Positions 45,824 to 57,678 of a stretch of DNA of 64,000 nt are shown here, piece by piece. The stretch lies in the NCBI GenBank assembly GCA_964247055.1, contig OZ176050.1, forward strand, positions 13,640,001 to 13,704,000, in the 5' to 3' direction. Every line of letters begins with the position of its first letter. Position 1 is the stretch's first letter. A program made the position numbers and the translations under genes. The notes beneath the pieces were generated by a model. It did no database searches, had not been told where the DNA came from, and saw only the letters and a program-made list of their open reading frames with translations. The DNA is from Paragordius varius. Its lineage: Eukaryota; Animalia; Nematomorpha.

Positions 45824-46884
45824 ATGTTTTTTAACCCTTGATTCGCAGTGTATATAGTATTCAAAGTAAATACTTTAGATGAATTTTACTATTTCTCAAT
45901 TCAAATAATTCCAATATAAACGGAATACTTTTTTATTCATCATAAGGCCCCAAACAATGCACTATAAGAATCCTGATATATATTTATCTGCCATATATCT
46001 TTTTGGCAGGATATTTCCAGGTTTTAGGACTGTATCTGATACGAACAAAGCGTACGTATTTAAAGTAAGCTTGCTATAAAGGGTCTACTGCACTTATTTT
46101 ACAAATTCGATAAACTTATATTGAACCTCAAAACTTTTAAATATTATTCGTTCATTAATTTAAAAAAATCGTGCTTCTATTAAAAGTAATCTAAAACGAT
46201 ATTTGATAAATATAAAATAGCTAATAAATGTTCGGTAAAATTATGTGTCAAAAGTATTAATTTTTATAAAGCTTAGCATGTTTCGTAAAACATGCTTTCC
46301 TTAACACAATATTTAGGTAAATACCCATTTGGACTCTAAATTATAGCCTGCTCAATGGAGAACAAGTTTGGTACAACACTCTAATCCCGATGGCTTAGCC
46401 AGTCCTATTAGTTATATTTAATTTATAGCATAGTCTCTATTGAAAATAATTTATTTCAATAGCATATCAGGCATTATCTTCTGACCAATCTCAACTAACA
46501 TTTGAATCCCAGCATATACGGGTTTAAAATAGATGTTCAAACTCAAAAAAACGAACTTAATAACTACAATTTGATGTATGTGGAAATTATATCTCCATAT
46601 GGAGAAATTATTATGGAACAATTTTTAAGAATATTTTTCCCAGGCCCGTAGGCTGCGGTTTAAATACCACTGATCTAAAGGGTGGTCAGAGTAATATTTT
46701 AACTAATCCTCACCCTTCCAATGATTTAATCCATTAAAAAAATAATTTATTTTAAAGGCATAGAATATTCTAATTATCATCATTATAAATATGAATCCAA
46801 TAATATAATAATATATGAATTATTCAGCAATATAGAACTTGGTGTAATATTGTAAATATTATTAAATGCAAACATATGCAATAA

Positions 46885-48303
46885 TCACCAATTTAACAAT
46901 TGCTTGGTGAGGGACGCTTTTGTAGTTGTCGCACTAGTTCCACTGAGTTTAGCCTCAAAAACTCGGTTCCACCATTCCTCAAAATCTTTGTTGTACTGAT
47001 CCACTTTCTTCTTGTATTCAGCTTTGTAATCGGCATAAGCTTTCTTAATCGTAGCCTTTTCGGCCTCGATATGTTTCTTGATTTCGGCTTTCTTATCGCT
47101 CCATCGTTTTTTCAAATCATTCTTGGCGTCTTGGAAAGCTTTTTTCTTAGCATCAACCTTAGTTTTTATCTTAGTTTTGATAGCTGTATGCTTTTCACCC
47201 AATTTCTTTTTTATGGCAGCTTTTTTTGCCTTAAGCTTTTTAACGATTTCTTCGTGGTGTTTACTCTTGTACACAAGTTTTTTAGCTTTTTTGTGATTAT
47301 GATGAGAAGAATGTGTAGTACTATAACTTGTTGTGGTTACATGTCGATTCGTAGAATACTCAGACTTTTTGTACACCACGGGAGCCGGATAATTATACTG
47401 AGGACGATAGTTATAATCACTTTTGGGCGCGTATCTTTGACGCTTTTCAATACTGTGTTGTTCAGATGTGGTGTCGTCTTTGAGATCCGTATTATCGGTT
47501 TCATCCAAGTAATTTTCTAAAGCTTTTTCCATATAAATATTATTGTTGTCACTTCTTTTCTTTCTTGATGCATGGCCACGAGCCCCAAGTGGAATTAATC
47601 GACGCCGACCAAAAAAGATGTTATCATCATTAATCTCTTCAGAACTTGTGCCAAAAAGTAAATCATCAGTATCTACATGACTGGTTTCATCCAAATTTTC
47701 TGAAGCGTTTTGTTCAAATTGACCCTCATCGGCTAATGGATTGGATGAGTCTACAATACTCCTTTTCTTAAGGCCGCGACTATCATCACTATTAGTCTGC
47801 AAATTAGTTTGTGATAACCATGGTGTCGCACATTCGCATAACACTAAAATCTAACACAATTTATAGAAATTAATATTTTTTTAATGAATCCATTAACACT
47901 TCGATTTAAATTGGGGTAAATATCCCAGACTAAATGTGAGTTAAGATTTTTAAAAAACTACTGAAGAAAACGGTTTTAATTTAAATTTATGCTTCTATCC
48001 TAATAAAAATTACATAAATATGCCAAAATATCCAAATTAAATTTTGTTTTGAAAAAAAAAGTTCCATGTCAAACTACTTCGACGCCATTTTTATTTTACA
48101 AAGTTTTTGCAAAATAGCGTCTTCCCTGGGGTGTTTAACTACCCCAATTTGAATCGAAAGACTAAAATGAATGTATTGTATCCAAGTGTTAATAGTATAA
48201 AACTTAGTTTGAGAAAAATCAATATATAGAGTTTTATCAACAAATTACGACATTTTACCCAACATAAGGATATGAATAAGTAAATTGATTTTTTAGATCC
48301 CAT
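46885..48303 (-). CDS. Orphan secreted preproprotein (signal peptide, acidic pro-segments with basic cleavage sites, Lys-rich 11-mer amphipathic repeats), 2 exons, ~336 aa
   Basis: Exon 1 48303-48259 (MGSKKSIYLFISLCW, donor GTAAAA) joins in phase 0 to exon 2 47850-46885 (ILVLCECA|TPW...), giving a typical signal peptide. The long open frame contains KKR, GRRR, RKKR and EKR sites. Confidence 0.75.
47897..48188. mobile_element. piggyBac-like MITE (TTAA|CACTT...AAGTG|TTAA)
   Basis: TTAA on both flanks and an internal inverted CGATTCAAATTGGGGTA repeat. A longer copy is at 8946-9511 and an inverted end at 26530-26575. Confidence 0.75.
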
Positions 48304-48980
48304 CTTCCACTCCAACAAGGGATAAATGACTAAATATTTATTATTTTAATAAATTTGAAGATTTTATATAATTTTATCTAAAACAAATTTTTAAAAAAAA
48401 ATTTTTTTAGACATGACCAAAATTATTTAGGCCAAAAACATTTATAAATGATGTCTTCAAGCATAATATAAAAATATTATGCAATATATTATAGTTTTAT
48501 AAAAAAAAGTTTTGTAAATGTACCGTATGCAGGTCAAGATTAAAATCAATGGTATATATTTTAAATATATTATTTTTTTATCATTATTTATGTTTTTATT
48601 TAAAAATATTTTTTCATTAAACATTGGTAACAAAAGTGTTTTTCTTTGTTCCAATATGTATATTATGGCAAAAATTATGATATAGAATGTTTAAAAAAGT
48701 AAAAGTCACTTTTAAATGTAAAAAGGACAAAACCTTTAATATAATAAAAAATATATAATAATGAAAATCAAATGAAATTATGATAGAAAGTTCATGTTTT
48801 TGGCTGATATTTCTCTAGTTATTGAAATCAGAATTTCAATAACCTTGAAATATAATATGCTTTTCTTTTTAACTTTATGGTAAAAATATTAATAAAAAAA
48901 ACTTTTTTTGTATTGAACAACCATTTCTTTATTAATTTAAGACATGTATAGATTTCCAACATTTTTGATATGATCATGCC

Positions 48981-51900
48981 ATGATAAAGCAAAATATTGA
49001 TAGTTTTACCTCTTTATTCCGATTAAATTTGGATTTCCTTAGCACAAAAGAAAGATTTTCAAAGTACTGTAAATTTTTACCTTTTAATCCGATACTACCC
49101 AATTATATTTTATTATTGATGGGTTGTTGCGTATTCAGTGCTCCTTTGTGTGATGCAGATGAACCAAATATTGCGGACAATTTACCTTCAATGGAAATAC
49201 ATGGTAGGTTTTATTCATATATTAAAATATGGCATACAAATTAGGGGTGTCCGACACAAATGGCTTTGTGGTTAGATTTTAAATATAAAACTGTTAAATT
49301 ACTGTTTATTTAAACAATTTTTGCTCGTTTATTGCCAAATGACTGAAAATTTGTTTAAGAAAATCATTTTTCCACCAAGATTTTATGAGAATTATTGCAA
49401 CTTACAGAATTTCAATTTTTTGCGGGCCGCGTGTCGGACACCCATGATCCAAACCACAAAAAATAATGTTTTAACATTTTTGGTAAACCCGTAAATTAAA
49501 CTTGGTATGTTTAAATAATTAGTTTATGAGTTTAGTGTTTTTACAGTTTTATTTTGGCTATTACATGCAATAGATGTTCAATGTCATTCAAATTTCATGC
49601 GCGGTTTATTGGTAACAAATGGACCACTGAAAGACACTCAAATCCTAATTAACGATAACGATTATTTTGGTATAAATGTACCCATCACATTTCAACATGC
49701 ATATACCTCTAAACATAACTATCACGGTGAAGGTATATATTAATATATTATATAATCAGATCTGACACCAAAAACTTTAAACAAAAATTCTGCTGCAACA
49801 GCCACTAATGAAATTGAACATTTTTGTAAAATTGTTGAAATACAACCTGGAGATATGGTATATTTATTAATAATTAATTCACATAATATTATCTTACGAA
49901 ACTATTTATGAGAAAATAGCCATACAAATACTTTTCTAATTTTTATAATCACATATAATTCTTACACGTATAAATTTATAGTATTTTATCATTTATAATT
50001 TAAAATTATAAAACATGTGGATTAACCACTTCATGTTTAGATACACACCATTTAGGATTATCTTTAATGCCAACTATTTCTTAAGATTATTATTGTTTAG
50101 TTTTGCCCGGCTTATACATTAAAATTTAATATGTTAAAATCCAGATATGTTTTAAAAATATATTTTTTCGTTAATATTAAAAAGAAACAGCTTTCTTTAT
50201 ATTAAATGAAAATGGTGATTTGAGCATATATATTACATAATTCATATTGTTATAACAAGATATTTCGTTAACTAATAATTTTTACAACGCCAAATACGGT
50301 TAAATAAATTATTTTATATTACAAAATTCTTTAAACTTTTACAAAATATATGGATTCAAATTAATTATACGGATTAAGGAGAAAGTATTTTTATGATATT
50401 TAAAAGTGTAATACCAGAGATGATAAAAATATATTATATGCATACGTTTTTCTCTACATTCATAAATATATGTAGTGATTATTAGACATTTTAAATTTTT
50501 CGATCTATTAAATTAATTTCGGCCCCTGTGTTTCCAGTTTATATTGGCTTGTTTAAAATGATTTTGTTTTTTTCTAAAAACCAACAAAAAATTAATTATA
50601 TTTATAAACAAAAAAGATGAAATAAAAAATTGCCATATTCAGTTCGTGTATGTCCGACTTTAATGTGTAATCGCCACCGTTAACTATACATTTTATTTAT
50701 ATAATGTTATATATATAGGTAGAAACCGCAGTCTTAAGGGATCGATTTAGGCTCACTCGAATTTTTCTGTTTGAATTGGATTTCTATCATTGCGGTACAA
50801 TGCTAAATTCTGCACTACAATATTTGCGCTCCGTTAATTTTGCGAACAATAGCGATTTCCAACCCGATACATTGATTGTTACCAACATATTTCATCAAAA
50901 ATATTTCAAAGGAGGCATAGAAATCGCCAAAAATTCAATTCAACATGCCCAATGTGAAATCTTTTTAAACCCTACAGTAGAAAACGAAAACGATAAAATG
51001 TAGATTAAATTTTTCTATAAAAATTGACATTAGTTGATTTAAAAGAATTATTTTATATGTCATTAATGTAAATTTTTACATAATTATAGATATTACTGGA
51101 TAGAAGTAGAGCAATCCAAATACATTGGATCAATCGAAAGACTTTTCATGAAAAATGCATTATCACAAGAGTCTGTCTACTTGAACGGTGAAGAAATTAT
51201 ATTCAAAATTAATTCTAACAAAGGTAAATTAGATATCAAATAACAACATCTATTTTTTCAAAAAACGTATTTGAGCTTTTGATTTTAGTTACAGATTTAA
51301 TTTATTGTCGTGTTCCGATTTCTCACAATTTTTATTTTTGCAAAAATACTTTAGGTTCTCCATTATATTGTTGTTAAAAAGTGGTTATTTTATTTAAAAA
51401 TTTTCAGCACCAGTTTATTTTGGAAAACAGTAAGAATTAAAATTATATACTGAAAAAAGGGTAGAAATATAAGGACAAATATTTTTTTTTCAAAAGACAA
51501 CCATATCACTTAATATAAAATTGATTGTTTTTGTAATATATCACTATCTCACACTTTTCCATTTAAAACAATGAATTTATATTTATAAAAAGATGTATAA
51601 GTATGGTTGTTTTTTTTAAAAAATGTCTACGTTTTGTCCGTACAATTTCAATATATATAACATAAGAAAATATCACATAAATTTTTTTTGAATACCGACA
51701 ATATCTTTCATTTGAAATATAGTACGAACAAAGAAAGGCTATCATATGTAGAATTAATTAAAAAACAAAAAATTATAAAATAAACTTTTCAAAAACTTGT
51801 GAAAACCGCCGTAACCACAAAAAGGGTTTTTTTCAATCCCTGCAAGTTAACAATCATTATTTTATATTTGATGTTTTAGCTGAACCTGTGTATACTATCG

Positions 51901-52609
51901 AATACTGTGATTACATCAATCAATTGGGACAAGGTGTTAGATTACTTTACAATAAGTAAAAAAAATATATTTTTATCGAATTTATTAATTTAATTTCATA
52001 TATATATACAGTATAAATTAAAATTATACAGACAAAGGATAAAATATAAGGACAAATAAAAAAGAAAACCATACTTTACAAATCATGTTTTTTTTAATGA
52101 TTGCAAAGTATGAAATAAACATATATAATCGCAAGACAATCATTATATATTTCACAATTATAATTAAATTTGGAAGTCTAAAAAAGTGTAGCCTTGTTTT
52201 GTTTAATATTTTTCCGTATGTTTTACGTTTTGTACGTATAATTTCAATTACTGTATATATATATATATATATTTATATGTATTTATTTTTTAGTAATATA
52301 AACCCAGTATTAAGCACCAATATACCCGAGCTAATGCCAAATGAAAATCAATTTACGTTTCGCTCTTTCCAAATCGGGGAAGACTCTTTAGCTTATATAA
52401 AATGTCAGCTATTGTTATCAAACAAAACTTCCACAAGCCATTTACAATCTTTGCCTACTGTAAGTTTTAACAAATGTAACAGTTGAATCTAAAATATTTT
52501 TTTCAGTTGATGTCAAATATATTAGAAAGTATGAGCTTGTTTTTTGTAACATCAAATAAACAGATACGATTATTAAAGAAATTTTTTTATTAATTCAGTT
52601 TATAATTCG

Positions 52610-52641
<32 letters not shown>

Positions 52642-53134
52642 CCAACTATCCAAAAATTATTACAGATGCGCATGAATCAGCCAGCGATTGACACAAAAAT
52701 TTTACAAAAACGAATTTGGGTTCTTCCACCATGGGTCCAACCTTCACTCTCGAATTTGCAACAAAATGCATCCTTAAAAAATGGGGAATCGTTAAGCCGA
52801 CCCTTGAATATTATGACTCAAGCGCTAAGTATAAAATTATCCCATACATATATATATAAATACTTAAAGATTTCTTTATGCACTCCACCTATTATTTTTG
52901 CTTTTAGAAATGGGCCAAGATATCCATGAAAATGGATTAAACGAGAAATTTTGGTATTTTAAAAAATTTCTTGCAAACGTTTGTGGAAACGGGAAATGGT
53001 TAACTCTCTTTTTTACTGGAATAAATGTTGGGATTCTCCTACTCTGGTTCCTGGCATATTTCATAATCACGCAACTAATGAGCTGTTACAGAAGTGATAA
53101 TCGAAATAACAAATGGCATAAAATTGTAAATTAG
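48981..53134 (+). CDS. ZP-domain (cuticlin/zona pellucida-like) single-pass membrane protein, 9 exons, ~508 aa
   Basis: Exons 48981(or 49119)-49203, 49574-49732, 49760-49857, 50719-50999, 51090-51223, 51880-51955, 52294-52459, 52666-52828, 52908-53134, phases consistent. ZP-N-like cysteines VQCHSNFM, HFC, YHCGT, IVTNIFH...AQCEIF; ZP-C-like FTFRSFQIGEDSLAYIKCQ; C-terminal TM LTLFFTGINVGILLLWFLAYFII. The start codon is uncertain. Confidence 0.65.
49733..49759 (+). other. 27-nt spliceosomal intron (ZP gene intron 2)
   Basis: GTATATATTAATATATTATATAATCAG, with an in-frame TAA. Removal joins two open coding-like segments (HGE-DLTPK). Confidence 0.7.
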
Positions 53135-55289
53135 CTCTCTTTTGATTAATATATTTTACAACTTTATGATCTCTCACATAATTTTCGAGAATTATAATTA
53201 ATATTGTATTACACTTTATAATTTGCATGTTTTAAAATGTAGTATGTGCACTCTTTATTAATAAATTTATTGAACTCAACTGTTTTGTTATGAAATTATT
53301 AAGTGCTAAGTAATCGATGAGCTGCAATTTAACTTATCCCCTACAGCCGGCCCTCTGTGACTTTGTTTCGGCCAGCGATTTCAAAAATTTTAAATTAAAA
53401 TTCGATCATCTAAAAATACTCAATTTCTAAAAGCTTAAAAATTTAAATGAAATTTTTTGCCTTAAATATTATTTGAAGAATATTTATGTCTTAATTTGCT
53501 AAATTTATATCTATTGCTTATTTCTTATATATCATTAATGTGTTATAACGGGTAAATATTACAGAATGTATTTAGTTGTGATATGTATCTAATTTTATGC
53601 CATTAGATTCAAAGTAATATCGGCTTTTTAATAAGGTAAAATTATTTTATGTGTTTAAAAATCCCGTCGTAATTTTTAATCATAAATTCGGCTGGCAAAG
53701 CCATCTGTGTTGAGCACCCCTGTCGACAACAACAAATATAAATATTAATTCCGCGTGCAATATCTTAAGTTTTAATTTTGCTCTTAAATATTAGAAACTA
53801 ATTTTACAAACTAAAAGATGATAAATTGCATCAAAAACAAATCTTATTAAGACAAAAAATTGGGCAATAGTTAGGGTTATCCAGAGTATTATATTTTTTA
53901 AAGGTATCCTTAACTGTAATATACACTATGAGGTTATAATGTATTAAGGAAAGAATATCTGTAATCACAAATTATCGCAAAAATAGGAGAAGTGAATTAC
54001 TAACTTTTTATTTTTGAAATAAATTTATAGTTTTCAGTATAGGTTTTCCGGCGACGAACGCGGTATCTATTTTATAAACCAACCAATCAGACCACTAAAA
54101 ATATAATTTATGTTTATTAACACTTCATGAGCTTTTGAGGGTAGTTTTATAACCTAGGGATAATATTAAAATAATTTTAAAAAGATTGTAGTATAAGGCC
54201 AAATTTAATTTTAGGAGCAAGATATATTTTTAAAAATAATGTAAAATTGTACCTTTTTTCAAACTTTTTCGCAGCCATTTTTATTCATTTTTTCGCTTAT
54301 ACAACAGCTAAATAAATGTATATTATGGTTAAAAAATAATAATAAATCAATTTTTGGAAGGCTTTCAATTTAAAATTTACCAGCATATTATTGATAATTT
54401 TGATGTTAATATCAGCTGTTTGCTTCTATCGTACTTTGTAGCTATCTGAAATTGGAACTATTGAAGCTAAAATTTTATATAATATAGGAGACAAAGCTTT
54501 AATAAATAAATTATAACCAACTTTTAACAGTAATTCGTTTACTACTTTAAGCTTTGGGGTAGCAAACTACCTTATCATCGCGTATAATAAAAATTAACAT
54601 ATAATCAAGTGTTAAAGATTAATAGGTGTGTCATAATAATTGTTAAAGGTTGGCAACAATAAACATTTAATTTGAATAAGTTCATATAACTAAACACATC
54701 TCTATTAGTTCAATTAAAGAAAATGAATTTTAAAATGTTATGTGTAAAAAATAGCCAAACCAAATGCGCCGAACAGATGTTTGATATATAAAATATTAGG
54801 TTCAAAAAAAGTTGAATCACATATAATAAATCAGAATGATTAACCGTTAAGATCAAATTAAAGATCATGAAATTTAAATTACGCTTAAAATTAACCGAAC
54901 TTTCGACACTATTTTTGATCTAAAATGGGAAATATAGAAAGGCCTTAAAAATTAGTATAGCGTATCCAAATATTGCTTTCAGTTTATAAAATTAATTATG
55001 GCTGTAATGGGCATATGTGACTAATCTTTTAAGTTTTTCTAAAGATAGCTTTTATATAGTGGAATTTACGAAAAAATCGCGGTTTAAATCAAAGATATGC
55101 CATTTTTGCATGTGTAATTTAAGAAATGCTTTATCGCTGATTATGTTTATTTGATAAAGTAAAACAAGGGCCCGTGTGCATTTATATATATTTTCTAGAG
55201 GAGCACTAAAAAAATCATATCAACGCAAAAAATTTAGTTTGAAGGCAATGGGAGAATATAGCTTTCAGAAACTAACAGATATATATATA

Positions 55290-57641
55290 CCATTTTTCAT
55301 GCAAAAACATCATTTTTTCAACCAAATGCAACAATTTTTCAACCAAACGCAACATTTTTTCAAGCAAACGCAACATTTTTTCAAGCAAAGACATCATTTT
55401 TTCAAGCAAACGCAACATTTTTTCAAGCAAACGCAACATTTTTTCAAGCAAACGCAACATTTTTTCAAGCAAACGCAACATTTTTTCATCCAAACGCAAC
55501 ATTTTTTCAACCAAAGACAACATTTTTTCAAGCAAAAACAACAATTTTTTAAAAATTAAAAACCATTTTTTTTATTTTAAGACATATTAAATTTAAAGTT
55601 AATGGAAATTAATTTTAGCGTAGAATTATGATTTTTATTATTTTATCATAAATATGTGATGGTATGATTGATTTTCAAACAAAATTTTGCCCATAATTGC
55701 ATTATTTATATTATATTTTTTCTTTTACAACAGTTTCACTAAATCAATAAATACAACTTGCGCTTTAAGAGTGTCTTGTTTAAAGTTTCTTTCATTTTTT
55801 TGCAAACAACCGTTATTTTCGTATGTAATTATCTATTTTTTTTAATTTAAACTAATATCTTTATTTATTAGTATTTGAATCAAAAATAATATTTTTATAG
55901 TAAAAACATCTTTATTTGTTTCGAACTAATTTTCTTTAAATTAATATTATTAACTTATTGATGTTTTAAACTAAATATTACGATTAATAACCCACAAATC
56001 CTAGATGTTTAATAATGTTAAATTTTTTATAAAAAATAATATTGATATACGGTTCTTATGAAAGAAATGGTATTCCCTTAAAAGTTTAGGAAATAAAGAA
56101 AATAGGTTAATGATAGGATAGATGAATATATACCATTTTTCATGCAAAAACATCATTTTTTCAACCAAACGCACCATTTTTTCAAGCAAACGCAACATTT
56201 TTTCAAGCAAAGGCAACAACTTTTCAAGCAAATGCAACATTTTTTCAAGCAAAGACAACATTTTTTCAAGCAAATGCAACATTTTTTCAAGCAAACGCAA
56301 CATTTTTTCAACCAAAGACAACATTTTTTCATCCAAATGCAACATTTTTTCAAGCAAAGACAACATTTTTTCAGGCAAAAACAACACTTTTTTTAATATT
56401 ACAAAAATTACTATTTATTGTATGACAACTTAACTAAAAATTATTTATTAAATTTTAAGTTAATGTAATTTATTTTTAGCGTTGAATTATGATTTTTATC
56501 CTTTTATCAACAATATTTGATGGTAAATTAATTGATTTTCAAACATTTTGATTTTGCCCATAAATTGCCTTATTTATTTATATTAATTATATTTTTCTTT
56601 TACAACTTTAGTTTCGTCTATAATCAATTTATATAATTTGCATTCAAGAGTGTCTTTGAAGGTTTAAAGTTGTCCTTCACTTAAAGTTGGTCCTTAGATT
56701 TTTTGCAGTTTGCATACAACCGTAATATTTGTATGTAATTATCTTTTTTAAATTTAACCTAATATCTTTATTTATTAGTGTTTCATTCAAAATAATATTT
56801 TAATAAAAACAACTTTATTTGTTTCGAGCTTCTTCAAGTTATCAATATTTTATACTAAATGTTTTAAACTAATTACAATCAATAACCTACAAAAATTAGA
56901 TATTTTTAAATATAGTTTAAAAAATTTTATAATAATAAGGATGTACGGTTCTTATGAAAAAAAAGTTGCTCTTCATTTAAAAGTTTAGATTAATAAAGAG
57001 AATAGGTTAAAAATGATAGGATAAATATATTTTATTACCTCATTAATAAAAGGTAGAATCATGATTAAAATATTGAAGGACAAGCTTGAAGTGTTCATCG
57101 ATCAACTTTAAATTTTTAAAGACACTCTTGAAGTGCAAATTATATAAATTGATTATAGACGAAACTAAAGTTGTAAAGGAAAAATATAATTAATATATGT
57201 ATATAAGGCAATTTATGGGCAAAATCAAAATGTTTGAAAATCAATTAATTTAATATCAAATATTGTTGATAAAACGATAAAAATCATAATTCAACGCTAA
57301 AAATAAATTACATTAACTTAAAATTTAATAAATAATTTTTATTTAAATTGTCATACAATAAATAGTAATTTTTGTAATATTAAAAAAAGTGTTATTTTTG
57401 CTTGAAAAAATGTTGCCTTTGGTTGAAAAAATGTTGCGTTTGGATGAAAAAATGTTGTCTTTGGTTGAAAAAATGTTGCGTTTGCTTGGAAAAATGTTGC
57501 GTTTGCTTGAAAAAATGTTGTCTTTGCTTGAATAAATGTTGCATTTGCTTGAAAAGTTGTTGCCTTTGCTTGAAAAAATGTTGCGTTTGCTTGAAAAAAT
57601 GGTGCGTTTGCTTGAAAAAATGATGTTTTTGCATGAAAAAT

Positions 57642-57643
<2 letters not shown>
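55290..57643. repeat. Composite array of family E elements with 21-bp TTTTTTCAAGCAAACGCAACA tandem arrays
   Basis: Direct copies start at CCATTTTTCATGC at 55290 and 56133, with arrays at ~55310-55545 and ~56150-56390. An inverted partial copy ends at 57643 (array ~57395-57640). These arrays explain the QHFFKQT/LLEKMLR pseudo-ORFs. Confidence 0.85.

Positions 57644-57678
<35 letters not shown>

Noticed and set aside
46900-47520. 206-aa hydrophobic plus-strand ORF
   Set aside because: Antisense shadow of the Lys-rich minus-strand gene (AAA/AAG codons read as Phe/Leu).
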